Program-made: the position numbers and the translations under genes
In this document: positions 37,601 through 48,801 of the stretch, piece after piece
How positions within the stretch are numbered: the stretch's first letter is position 1
Layout of the letters: each line of letters begins with the position of its first letter
Assembly: GCA_965113315.1 (NCBI GenBank)
Contig: OZ220372.1
Source: Podarcis vaucheri
Lineage: Eukaryota
Direction: 5' to 3' (one strand)
DNA: 64,000 nucleotides
The notes under the pieces: generated by a model
Database searches by the model: none
What the model was told of the DNA's origin: nothing
Seen by the model: only the letters and a program-made list of their open reading frames with translations

Positions 37601-40600
37601 CAGTGTTTTGTTTTGTTTTAATGAAGTTCAGTTTTAGAGACTTACTTTAAAAAAAAAAAAAATACTATGGAATTAAATTTAAAAATACAAGCAGCAAAAA
37701 GGAAGAACACACATAACAATACATGATAACTAATTAGGAAGAAAGTGAAATTCACTTTAGGATATCATGGGTAAACCTTTGGAATAATTAGAAGAATACA
37801 GCCTAAGGGGGAGCTTATTAGGAGACTTTGCATGTGTAAGTTATGCAGCCAAAACACAGGGGGGGAAACAGTATGTATTTGTACTTCACTGGAGCGTGAT
37901 TAGAAGCTTGAACAGCTTCCACACAGTAGATAAATGAAAATCATAGTGCCATTACATCCTTAACATTGGGGTCCCATGCTTCTTGTACTCACTCAGTAAC
38001 TTTGCACAGAAACATGGCATCCCAAATGTTATCAATCCACTGCTAAAGGTTCGATGAAAAGATAAAATGCAACACTTTATAATTAAAAAATCCTCATAAT
38101 TACTTTTTTTAGAAACACTTCTTTCCCCATATAATCAGAGTCACCAGCTGAGAATCTAATGTGATCCTGATAATCTTCATATATACAAAGTATTAACTTC
38201 AAAAGTTATTTGAAATCGTTTAAAATTACTTAAATATGAATCTGCAATACCTTTTCTCCATACGAAATTTCTACAGGTTCAGATACAGGACATTCTTTCT
38301 CCTCCAAACTGCATCTCTGTTTCCATTCTTTCACAGGGGGTGAAGCTTTGAAACTCCTTTCATATTCAGTTTCAGGAATAATGACAGGAGACTTATATGG
38401 AGGGATGGATTTACTTGAACTGTGAATAAACTTTGGTTCAGAAAAGATGTTAATTTGTTGATTTCTAAAGCTAAATTAACAGTGCAATCCTAACCACCGT
38501 TACTCAGAAGCAAGTTCCACTGAGTTAAAGAGGGCTTATATCCAGGTAAGGGGACTAGGACTGCAGCCTAGATCTTGCACTGAAACCAGTGAGATTTAAT
38601 AGTGCTTAAGTCTCCTAGATCACTCAACAAGGTTATAATGAATTGAGAGGTCTATACTTCTCAGTTGTTATGTCACTGATCCAGCTAAGTAAACACAAGT
38701 CATGCTCCCCAATGATAACTGCTTATCTGTGGGATTCTACCTAGTAAAATACTGTACATAAGAATGGTGCTGCAATAAAACTGCTAGCACATTTGCAAAG
38801 ATAAGCAGGGTCCAGCATGGTTTCAGACTTCATGGGGGATGACTTGTTGAGATTCCTGCATTGCAAGGGGTGGACTAGATGACTCTTGGGGTTCCTTCCA
38901 ACTCTACAATTCTATGATTCTATAAAACAGATTCCTCATATACTACTCATGTAACATTTTATGCACCATGCCTCAGTTTATCAAGGCAGCAATCCTATGC
39001 AGGTTTAACTGGGAGCAAGTTCAACTGAATACAGTGGAACTTATTTCCAAATACACCTGAATATAATTGCAATGGAAGTACGTCAATATTAATTTATGTA
39101 AACCTAACTCCTATACAAACCTAAGTTTGGAGAAATCCCCAGTCAATTCAGTGAGGCTTACATTTAAGAAAACTTCCAGGTACGGGATGATACTTTACAA
39201 TAAGAACCCTACTTTTTATATGCTTGAAAGTTACCTGGTCTGCTGCAAGCACTGGAGATATCTTTTGAGGAGTTTTCCAAATAAATTGCCGTTGATACTC
39301 AGAGCTTCTAGGGAAGCTGCTTGACCATGGAATATTCAGGCCTGCTTTCCTCTGCAAAACTCTGTTAAGCTGTCAACAAGTATTGGCAATGAACTTGGGG
39401 AAAATATAACTTCCTTTCCTCTAACAGTGTTTGAACCTTAAATGAACTGTTTAAAATTAGTGTAAATATTTTCTTGGATAAAGGTGATGAAGGCAATGTC
39501 ATACCATCATATTGTATAAACATCTCTGAAACATATACATTTCAAAGACAAATCAGGCTTCCATTCATATCAATGACAAAATGTGCTTCAACAGTACCAT
39601 AACCAAACCCCTTAATGTGTTATAATTATGACAGACCTACAATTTTTAAAAGAGCAATTTTTTAAACATTTCGCACAGAAATTCACTTCAACTGCTGCTC
39701 TTGTGTCTTAGCTTCTGCTTCCAACATCAAAGCAAAAAGAAATTTCAATAGTCTCACCTCACCGTCTTTTTCTCCCAATTCCTTTTTGGTAGGTAGTGGT
39801 TTTTTGTTTATATGCCCTATTGTTTTGGGTGGTGACACCTTGCTTTCTGCAAGAGCTACAGTTGATTCAGATCTAGAACTTGCAGGGCTGGAATGCACCT
39901 TTTCAGGAAGCCTGGGTGCATCAGGTGTTTTAATATTTTCCTGATTTACATCATCTTTGCTGTCTTTTGTGCCCAACTCCAATGGCCGGTGGGTTTCATA
40001 TTCTGATGACGTATCTTTCTCCGAATTATTGTCCCCAATCCATTCAAAGGACTTTGAAATCTGTGTGTTGTGATAAGGCACTCTTCTCTTAGAAATGAAA
40101 CTGGGTTCTCTTGCAATTCCTGCAAAACAGGAATCGTCAAATCTGTGCATTTTGAAAATCGTAAACAGGTATCTAATTCTCAAAGCATTATGTTATTTCT
40201 AAGCAGCAGTTAGAAAAAGGAGAGAAAGGGAAATGCAAATGGATGTCATAAATAAGTGCTAGTTTTATTTAGAAGATCCTGAAAAAACACCTATGTGATT
40301 TTTTTGTAGTGGTTGAAACCATATGGCACATAACTGGTGGTGACAGGATCAAAGCCAAAAGTAAGCAGGGCATCCATTTCCCCCCCTCTGCTACGCACTT
40401 CTGACCCCCCCTTGCTACCCACATAAAACTGGGCTCAAGGCAACAGGTTGCCCAGCCTTGCAATGCATAAAGAGGTGCATCCAACCATGTCTCCCTGCTA
40501 CAGAAGGCATCATTATTTATGTCCATTCTCCCATAGTCACTGAATTTAAACATGCAACTTTGTGTCCATATTTTCTGGGGGGGAAAAGTTTTGTTGTTGT

Positions 40601-41642
40601 TTTTTTGTTCTCTTCTTAGAAAATAATACTGCTGTCATGCAGGATGTTGGGGGGGTAATTTATCTCTATACTATGGTAAACTTTATAAAATTAACACACA
40701 CAAAGTAGTAATTATACAGCCATAGAAGGACAGAAAGCCTAATTTGGCTTACCGAGCTCATCCGATCGAAGTCCAGCCCATCGGCATTTTTGCTCAGGTG
40801 CAGAGCTACAAAGCCTAGACTGAGCCGATTTCCTCCATTTGAAGTTCCTCTTGTACTCACTCAATCCCTACAGGAAGACAAAAACGTGGAAACCAGTGAT
40901 TTGATGTCGTACTATTTCAACAGCTTCCATCGAACCTAACTCTACTGCAAAGATTCCTGTGAGTACACTTGCACTCTCTTTATAAGATTGTTTTCTTGAG
41001 GGACAGGACATATTGGGGGTCATCTGCATGGGAGTTTAATACATATCCAAACCTATTTGTGTCTCACGTTGTTGTTGGGGTGTGTCTTTTTTTTGCAAGC
41101 TCTGCAACCTTTAAGTTTTAAGCATCGCATCACCGGCATGAAACCCCCAGGTAAAAGTTTCCCTATCAACGAACCCACCTCCACGCCAGGCAGAAATGAA
41201 TTTCCACCGGGCGCACAACTACTGAAGATGCCAGAGCCGTGAATGCGAGATGAGCGGCGGCCCTAAAGGCTTTCCACGCCAACCCAGCCCAGCTGGTGCC
41301 CACATACTAACCCATTCAGAGCTCCAGTGGGAGCAGACTCACTCCCACCCCTGCGCTCACTCGGGGGGGGGGCACCCCTCCTGCATGCTCCAACCCCAGG
41401 CTGGGGTTAGGGCAGGTATAGGGCTTTGAGTGACAGCCGGGAGCAGCAGCAGCAGGAGGAGGAGAAGCCAGGTTGCCCGGCTGCAGAATGCAACCCCACG
41501 GGGGCCACAAACGGCCCTTAAAACTGACGGGAGGGCACAATAGGGGCGGAAGCCCTTGGGGGCAAATGGATAAAAGCCCCCGATAGACGAAAAGGTGGCG
41601 GCCGCAGGAGCAGCCGCGTCTCACCTTCCAGCGCACAGGCAT
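22651..41642 (-). CDS. MDM1: Nuclear/centriolar microtubule-binding protein MDM1, spliced CDS, about 755 aa, 15 coding exons
   Basis: Phase-consistent GT-AG exons total 2268 nt. Peptides MPVRWK/GLSEYKRNF..WAGLRSDELG/IAREPSFISKRRVPYH, SSEYQRQF, ETEYERSF, NTEYRSNFLSPAQY, VKELREKAE..RVQGTHFSRDHLNQILSD, GGRLPTP..RTHHDLTTPA, VDPLPLR, RIQGMLRDPEFQHN and DRLSQLSARSAASS..KENFWGK all match human MDM1 as I recall it. Confidence 0.96.
25286..25526. mobile_element. Tc1/mariner-type MITE family B
   Basis: Perfect 23-bp TIR CAGTGGAACCTTGGTTGTTGAAC; left TA; TIR related to family A but internal sequence differs. Confidence 0.8.
25617..25686. repeat. Compound (TG)n(AG)n microsatellite
   Basis: Seen directly in the sequence. 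Confidence 0.95.
25918..25986 (-). CDS. MDM1: MDM1 coding exon 14
   Basis: GVASPKRSWMQLPLQERNYNDE; phase 1-1. Confidence 0.88.
26063..26564. mobile_element. pogo/Tc2-like non-autonomous DNA transposon
   Basis: Imperfect TIR CTATATTTTTCCATGTATAAGACG / CGTCTTATACACAGAAAAAATACAG, subterminal GTCTTATAC repeats, GC-rich tandem core. Confidence 0.7.
28286..28535 (-). CDS. MDM1: MDM1 coding exon 13
   Basis: DDEDTPLSPSPAAGLKTVDPLPLR...RIQGMLRDPEFQHN. Confidence 0.92.
28846..29201 (+). mobile_element. Sauria SINE, full length, in MDM1 intron
   Basis: Highly similar to the 16021 copy; TSD TAGTTAGTCATTTT(T)AGA on both sides. Confidence 0.92.
30081..30214 (-). CDS. MDM1: MDM1 coding exon 12
   Basis: GGAVLVSPPKVKP...KSNRV; TAG acceptor and GTACGT donor. 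Confidence 0.88.
30375..30517 (-). CDS. MDM1: MDM1 coding exon 11
   Basis: EENMNSP...GGRLPTPQLRALGGAQRTHHDLTTPAA. Confidence 0.92.
31832..32140 (-). CDS. MDM1: MDM1 coding exon 10
   Basis: EHPEF...GKLGMSDAATVPVKQRLVWD...TQQ; GTAAGT donor; the acceptor (AAG at 32141) was chosen by phase and is less certain. Confidence 0.78.
32659..33066 (-). mobile_element. BovB (RTE clade) LINE 3' fragment
   Basis: RVPWTARRSNLSILKEI...LRLQYFGHLMRREDSLEKTLMLG is the BovB ORF C-terminus; (CAA)n tail; TSD TTCCCATAAT. Confidence 0.9.
33740..33915 (-). CDS. MDM1: MDM1 coding exon 9
   Basis: VKELREKAEAYRRRVQGTHFSRDHLNQILSD...RALDLAG. Confidence 0.93.
34273..34311 (-). CDS. MDM1: MDM1 coding exon 8 (39-nt micro-exon)
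   Basis: GSQNTLNTMWYME, similar to human GSLNAMWYAE; symmetric phase 0. Confidence 0.85.
36070..36169 (-). CDS. MDM1: MDM1 coding exon 7
   Basis: KMNTEYRSNFLSPAQYMYKDGAW...KPDQ. Confidence 0.92.
36487..36711 (-). mobile_element. MITE family A, copy 3
   Basis: TIRs and TA TSD, reverse orientation. Confidence 0.88.
37118..37239 (-). CDS. MDM1: MDM1 coding exon 6
   Basis: Lys-rich linker KKEKETFLK...HRNI; CAG acceptor and GTAAGT donor; phase fits both neighbours. Confidence 0.8.
37437..37547 (-). mobile_element. Short tRNA-derived squamate SINE, degraded
   Basis: Minus-strand tRNA-like head followed by CTGAAACCCTGGAGAG; related copies at about 2780-2865 (-) and 17310-17420 (+). Confidence 0.5.
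38251..38430 (-). CDS. MDM1: MDM1 coding exon 5
   Basis: FIHSSSKSIPPYKSPVIIPETEYERSFK...YGEK. Confidence 0.88.
38848..38923 (+). mobile_element. CR1 3' end fragment
   Basis: TTCCTGCATTGCAAGGGGTGGACTAGATGA...TTCCAACTCTACAATTCTATGATTCTA, homologous to the 3' end of the 52.6-54.0 kb CR1; a similar remnant lies at about 36968-37033. Confidence 0.75.
39235..39369 (-). CDS. MDM1: MDM1 coding exon 4
   Basis: LNRVLQRKAGL...SSEYQRQFIWK...AADQ. Confidence 0.92.
39758..40119 (-). CDS. MDM1: MDM1 coding exon 3
   Basis: IAREPSFISKRRVPYHNTQISKSFEW...EKDGE; the in-phase donor is the second of two tandem GTGAG. Confidence 0.9.
40753..40867 (-). CDS. MDM1: MDM1 coding exon 2
   Basis: GLSEYKRNFKW...WAGLRSDEL; TAG acceptor and GTAAG donor. 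Confidence 0.93.
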
Positions 41643-42110
41643 GGCTTTAAAACGGAGCAGAGGACGGAGCTGGGCGGCTGAGGCGCTCCGGGACGGTTAC
41701 GGGGCGGGGTGATAACGGGGGTAGAGGGAGGACGCGGCCGCTTGTAAACACGGCCGTCGCCTTGACGAAGCGCCGCGGCCTGGCCCACCAGGCCCGCTCG
41801 GCGCCTGCGCGGGGAGCCGACCAATCACAGCGCCCGGCTTGGCTTGCCTCCATCATCTCCCCGCTTGAAGATGCTCTCGGAGGGATGGTCTCTGCTGCGC
41901 CTGGTCCTGCTGCTGCTGCTGCTGCTGCCTCCGCGCACGAAGAAGGACCAAAGTTGCCCCGAGAGAGGAAGCGGGCTCTGGTGTCTCCGCGCGCAGTTGC
42001 CCGTGTATCTTGGCAAGAGAGGGGAGTAGTAGTTGTTGCTCTTCTTCCTCGCTCGGGCAATATGCTTGAAAACCCCTCTGCGCTTCTTGCCGGGGTGGGG
42101 TGGGGGGGGT
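41250..42110. promoter_or_regulatory. CpG island / MDM1 promoter
   Basis: Most GC- and CpG-dense stretch of the window, surrounding MDM1 exon 1; GC box GGGGCGGGG at 41701, CCAAT box at 41821, (CTG)n at about 41907-41928. Confidence 0.85.
41625..41642 (-). CDS. MDM1: MDM1 coding exon 1
   Basis: MPVRWK; GTGAG donor. Confidence 0.92.
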
Positions 42111-42486
42111 GTAACTATCGTATCTAGAGAGGATGCATTTTGTAACTAGATCGGTTTTGGAGTCCGGACATTTGTCTCCTTCCTTTCCATCTTCTCCTCT
42201 GATGGAAATCGAGCTGAAAAGAGCTTGCGGGTGAAAGATGGCAGAATTAAAGACAAAATCCTAGCAATAAAACGGGTCTTTGCGAGGTAGGTTAGGGTTA
42301 GGATGTATTTTGAATTTTACACACACACGCACACACTAAATGAAGGGTGCTAAAAAGTTGAAACATGACTTGGGCAGTCAAAAGATATTTTGGTTAAGTT
42401 AGGTTTGCTCTGGTAAGTGAAATGTGTGTAAGATTGCATAGAAATAATTTTTTAAAAAATGTTTGCCAAGTACTTGGAGTTATATT

Positions 42487-42970
42487 TGTTGTTGGCATCC
42501 ATCTGTCTCAAGAGGCAATGGAGTTTGCCTTTGTGGCTGAAGTGAAACAGCTGCGTAGCACCGAAGTGACGTCCCGGGCGCAAGTCTGGGCAGTGTTTTT
42601 GGAGGTCCTGGGCTGCCCAGATGACAAAATACCCCACCCTCCAGGCCTTGCTGATGTGGTCCAGAGGAAAACAAAGCAATACATTTGGCAGCAGCTTGGC
42701 TGCATGAGTTATTGAAAGGAGGCGTACAAGGTGCCATCCAACCATCTTAGGGACTCCAGGATTTGTGTAGGGTCTACTCCTTAGCCTTTCCTTCTCCCAA
42801 AGATATCCTGGAAGGCAGAGGAGGTTTGGGAGCAGAGTTTTCCTTCTCCTTGATGGGCTACCTTTCCAGGTTGACAAGCCCCATGTGCCGCTGACTTCCC
42901 TCTACAGCATGTGCAAAAACTGCCTTCTTGACCTTTGGACCCATTATTGGTATCATCTGCTCAATCCGCC
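42487..42970 (-). mobile_element. RTE-derived non-autonomous retroposon candidate
   Basis: Minus strand has an RTE-5'UTR-like segment (GGGGCTTGTCAACCTGG...AGGAGAAGGAAAACTCTG) and ends in CAACAA; a related piece lies at about 48055-48195. Confidence 0.45.
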
Positions 42971-45264
42971 TGAGCCAGTCTTCACATGCAGAGGAAGCAG
43001 TTATATATTAATTTTATTTATTTATTTTAGTATTATTAGTATTAGCATTATTTAGTTACCTGTCATTTTCAGAAGATAAAATTAAGGACCCATTTTATTG
43101 CTAGGATTCTGTGGAAGCTGTTTATGTGCTTCTTCATCAAACATGGACTTACCAAGCTAAATGTTGTCCAGTCACAAAAATAATAGCCAATTTGAATTCC
43201 TCATGCCCAAAAACATTTTTTTAATACCTCACACTGAATAAATTTGCAAATATTAACCCCCTAAAATGACACACACTGCTGTGATATGGTAACTGACCTA
43301 AGGTGACCTAGGCTGCATACACAAATCTGGGAACTGTAGTTGGTGCTGGGAACTGTAGCTATGTTAGGGGTAAACTACAGTTCCCAAGATTCAGTGGGTT
43401 GATTTAAATGCACAAGGTGTACACAGTTCGAGTGAACATGGATTTAAACCTAGCTCTCCCCAGCTACACAACATTGGCTTTATCAATGGTGCTTACTCCT
43501 ATGTAAGTCTGTATAGTATTGCAGTCTTCATCTGCAGTTCTAAGAATATTTATGGCACAATAATCTGCATCTTTACTCAGAAGTTAGACTTACTTAAGAG
43601 TAAATAAGCTTAGTCTGTAACCCAACCCCAAAACAGGCTGTTTGTTAAAAGGAGTAAATCGCATATGTCATATCTGTTGGTTTTCTTTGTAAGTACTATA
43701 TTGGCTGTTCATTCTTCTCTCTGCATTCTGTAGCCTCTGCTACCACTTCCTAGAAATAGCAAAAATTAAATTATATCCATTGGTCATCTGTTTAGGCATC
43801 AACTCAAAAAGAACACAGCTTTAGATATACAGCAAACTGAAATTTATAGGGAAAATATGAAGGACGCCTATATATTTTGCTGTTTTACTTTGCCACTTCT
43901 TTTTAGAAATTATGATCTCTTGCTGTTATTCAGTAATGCATCAGTAAAATTTACCGCATGGTACATCTCAGTGGAAAAGAGGCAGAGGGTGACTGCATTG
44001 CAAATTACTCAAGAGGAGAAGGAAAATTGAGCAGAACATAAATGATGTGCCATTTATTGTACTAATGTTTAGTTTTGGCTGCAGCGAAACTGCAGCTGCT
44101 TGCCCTTCATTAAATAAGTATGTGTTCAATTTGTAGCTGTAAATATGCAATCATTCTTCGGTCAGGGGCCGGGTTATTAAATTGTGCTATTCACACAGCC
44201 CTGCATTCTCTCCCAGTACCTATTCACAGGATGCCTCATAATGTAATTATAATTTTTTTTATACAAGTAAGTGGAATTTACCCATAACAATGGTAAAATT
44301 ACACAGGGTAGCTACAAATAACAGGTTACAATAAGCTTCTGGAGCGTAAGTGATGTTGGCAATGTGCATAGTCTTTTGCTTTATTCAAATCAGCTTCCAT
44401 TATTTTTAAAGCATTAAAGGGAAACCAGGCAGAATGACACGATTAAGCCCTACATTCTTGTGAAAAATGAAAAAAATATTCTCAAAGGACTCAGCACTAC
44501 GACCTCTCTCCTCTCCCCTGGTTCACCAAGATGGTAAACCTGGGCTTGGGCTGTATTGATTTTTAAAACACAGGTGGGAGCTCACTATCACTATTGTTAA
44601 ATATTTATTTTTCACTCAGGTATCAATAAATAGCCTGGGTAGCTTAAAGGGGGGGGGGCTATAATGATTGTCTCTCCTTACAAAACAAAAACAAAAAAAA
44701 CCCCTTCATGCAGTTGGCATTTCAGTGAGTAGGTTATAGCCTTCATTGTTAACTCTGCTAGCAAGGATTAATATAACCATTTCTAGTGCAATCCTGTGCA
44801 TGCCTTCACAGAAGTAAACCCCATTTAGTTCAGCAGGATTTACTTCCATGCAACTGTGTATAGAGTTACAGCCTGAATTTTGCAATTCAGACCTTGAACA
44901 GCACTAAGTAATCAAAAGGAGTTACTCAGTTCTGATAAACGGTGACAATCAAAAGTAGTAAAATATTGAATTTTAAACTAGATTTACTAGCTATATTGTT
45001 GTTGCTGTGAAAGTTTTAATTATGGTAAATAGAATGGCTGCGGTCCACAAAGTGCTTGTCTCTGTGGAATATGGAATATTATGGAACACAAATTTAAAAC
45101 AGGGTTGCAATGTTTAATACACTAATTGGTTGTAATCATAGATTTAGAACTTTTGTTCAACTATATATGGCCCCCTCTTTCTTCAAAAGCTCTCTTCCCT
45201 CTTAACTGAGCAACAGGCAATTAGCCAATTTAAATCAGCGAGATGAACAAAATATGAACTATTG

Positions 45265-45278
45265 CCAGTAGGTGGCAG
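45265..45278 (+). promoter_or_regulatory. Candidate CTCF binding site
   Basis: CCAGTAGGTGGCAG fully matches the core consensus CCASYAGRKGGCRS, in apparently unique sequence. Confidence 0.5.
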
Positions 45279-48224
45279 GCCATTAATGCAATACAATTCT
45301 ATTCTTAAACCTTTAATGGCATATAGACAAGATTCTGGTAAGGTTCAGTACAATAAAATCACACAGCGAAATCTGCATCTAAAAGTTAAGATAAGGTTGT
45401 ATAACATTCACTTGTCCTCATTGCATGTTTCAGAAACCTGGCTATTATCTCCATCTTATATTAATGCAATACATTGTGCTTCATGTGTACAGGTTTAAAT
45501 AAATGCCAGTAAATGTATTTGGTACCAGCTTAAAAATAGACCAGAATAAGTTCAGAAAATATTGCATCAAGGTTCAATGTTTCCGGTGCCTGATTTGTGT
45601 TTCTGCATAGCAAAATTCATACAGCACAATTCACTGTAGCATATTTTGTCTCTTGGCTTGAATTATATGGCCTTCTGAAAATTGCACCATAACTCACATA
45701 CGATTATTTTAATTAGCTGAGTTTTCTCTCCATGACAGAAGGATACACATTTCATGTCCAGCAGCAAACATGTACATCTTCAGCATCACAAGTTGAAGAC
45801 TATCTGACTTGTATAATTAGATATTTAGCTGTGCTCAATAGAACTCACTAGCAGTTAGGACAAATTTTCTGCCATGTATATTGATTCCAAGAAGGAGTTC
45901 ATGTATGCATGTCTATCGGTCAATGAACTGCCGCATCAAGTGATGATCTGTTAAGAGCCACCACCCATCACAGACAGAGCTTTTGTCTTACCTGACCTCA
46001 TCTCAAATACAATGCTTTTCAGTGGAAGCTTTCAGGTTATCAAGTAATGTATATATGTGTGTAAATCAGCTGTAAGTTACCCCCAGAATATAGAAGTGAA
46101 TGTTGGTTTTGCACAGTAGATTTTAAAATTTAATTTTCCCCATGGACCACCTGAAAATTGCTAAGGGTCTTGGCAGACCATTTAATGTTGTTTTTTCCTG
46201 CCTGCTGTAGCTATTGTAATGCTCTGTGGTGGGTGATTTTTAATTGTATTTTCAATTGCTTCTTTTATTTATTAGATATTGTGTTTTATTGTATTACAAT
46301 CTGAATTTCATAGAACTCAATACAATAAAATGCAATATAAGAAAAGAAGCAATAAAAATACAATTAAAAACCAATATGAATATTGAATGTGATGGATGTG
46401 CTGTCTCCTGGCTTCAACCATAAATCCACAGACAATGCCACAAAGGACCTGAATGAAACTCTTGTACTACAGGTGGGCCATAGATCACAGTGTGGGAACG
46501 TAAAGTACGGTAATAGTTACCTTTGCATGAAATGTTAAAGAACAGTGAGAAAAACAGACATCATTTATTAATTTACAACTTACATACCACAATATAAAAA
46601 GTAGTATCTAAGCAGTTTACAAAAAAAATAGAACAAAATTAAAAGCCCAACAAACGTATATATCATAGTACCATGCATATTTGACAAAAGCAATTTTCTG
46701 TTGTAAATTAATACAATGAAAGCCCAGCAAATATTTAAACAAAGCAACTGAGATTAAAGATCTGAAGATCTGTTTCTAACAGTGCAATGATTGTGTACAT
46801 TTGGCACAGTTAAATGAACCTCATCCTGAACTGGATATTTCCACACATGGTCCTTAAGGCCTTACTTCTACCATCTCACTACTCGTCTAGGAAACCAGAA
46901 GGGCATCCTTAATATGTCTTGATGGTGGTAAGTCAACCAGCTAGTTGACCCCTGCAGGAGTTCAAAGGCACATTCCCCCCCCCCTCTTTTTTTTAGTCTT
47001 TGAGAATCTTGGTCCCAGGCTTTCAGCCATGGTGAGAACAAAAACAGTGGACAGTTACTCTGTTCTGTAACCAGAAACAAAGCAATGTCAGCTTGTGAAT
47101 ATCTCTGCAAGATAAATCTGCCCATAATAAATGCTAGATTATTTGTTTTTATTTATTTTGCAGTCACCTTGTCTGAAACCACCTTGTTCTCATTAAGGCA
47201 ATACATTTCCGCTGACCTTGAAAACTTGCCACAGAAGCCAGATTACGTATTAATAATTGCAAACAGCCTCATCAAAACTCCGGCTTCATGGATTACAATC
47301 AAGCAGAATGTTATATTGTGTTTTTGCCAATCAACACATTGACTTGAGATATACATTAACATATCACTATTCTCAGATTACATTAAAATAAAAATGGTAT
47401 TCCTAGTAGCGCAGATGTAGCTGCAGCGGGTGGGTGTGTGGCCTTCCATCTCCATAGAGAAATCAGTCGGTTGATTCCAGCCTCCTCCATAAACATTTCC
47501 AATGGACTTCCTTGACCTCCAGCCATGTAGGAAGTAGGCAGTCAAAAACAGCTTGATGGAATACTTTGGGGGAAACTGCAGCAGACTGCCCTACAGCACA
47601 AAATAATCCTGTAATCACAAATCAAAGTCCCATTGTATGATTAAATAATAAAACATACTGTGTATGTAAAAAACAAAGCAAAAGGAAATATGGGATCTAC
47701 CATAACATGAGTGGTTAGATTATTTTTTTGCCATTGTGAAATCTACCCGCAAAGCTTTCTCTTATAGTGCATTATAGGAACATTTGGCTATTCAATTGGT
47801 TTGGCTCTGCCAAATATTTTTACTTATGAGTCTATTCCGCACCCCTTTAGAGATTTTTCCAGACTAAGCCTTTTGATAAATCTAGCCCAACCCATGAGGT
47901 GGAGCAGCCACCAAAAACATATTTAAGATGAACAAGTGGAAGCCTTGCAAAAAAATAAAAAAGGACTATTACCCAGAGTTGGATGTAGGGTGGTGCAGGT
48001 GCTCCCCCCCCACTACCACAGGACACTAAACCAAGGGGGTGCAAAATAAGGTGGCTGGCATCCAACTGTCTCAGGAGACTATGGAAGAGTGTGCCATTGG
48101 GGGTAAAGTCAAACTGCTGGAGAGTTACAGTGCCTGCTGTGGCTGCAGAGACCAATATGGGAGAGACGTCTTTTGTTGAAGGTGGGGCAAATGATTGTGC
48201 TGATGCAGGTGTACCATGGCAAAA

Positions 48225-48253
48225 TAGTAGTAGTAGTAGTAGTAGTAGTAGTA
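48225..48253. repeat. (TAG)n microsatellite
   Basis: Seen directly in the sequence. Confidence 0.9.
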
Positions 48254-48575
48254 ATGCCTATATTTATACAGGTACCTGCTCAATCTGTGTCCAGATTTTT
48301 ATTTCTTGAAATATGGCCACCCTAAGTTAAGATGGATCTAACTATGCCTACTGCTTTCTTCAGGGAAAGTTTGTTTCTGAGCCAAGTTCATGGTAGTGTT
48401 TTTTACTTTCCAAGCACCAAATGGTCTAGGACAGGATCTCCCTTTCCCAGATATACATCCCTCTTTATTGGGCCAACTGTTGCTTCCCTACACATCCCTC
48501 AGAGTAAGATGAGCCTTTTGTCCCATTTAGTTGCTCTCTTTTCAGACAGGGTTTGAATGTTAAATGTACACTATA

Positions 48576-48801
48576 CAGTGGTACCTCAGGTTAAGAACTT
48601 AATTTGTTCCGGAGGTCCGTTCTTAACCTGAAACTGTTCTTAACCTGAAGCACCACTTTAGCTAATGGGGCCTCCTGCTGCCTCCACACCGCCGGAGCAC
48701 GATTTCTGTTCTCATCCTGAAGCAAAGTTCTTAACCCGAGGTACTATTTCTGGATTCGCGGAGTCTGTAACCTGAAGCGTCTGTAACCCGAGATACCAGT
48801 G
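48576..48801 (-). mobile_element. MITE family A, copy 4
   Basis: TIRs and TA TSD. Confidence 0.88.

Noticed and set aside
41460-42060. RFX X-box expected for a centriolar gene
   Set aside because: Only GTTGCC half-sites are present; no full palindromic X-box.
41316-42127. Overlapping ORFs of 108-137 aa, including a poly-Ala one
   Set aside because: By-products of the GC-rich CpG island and the (CTG)n tract. Only the first 6 codons of the 41642 ORF are MDM1 coding.
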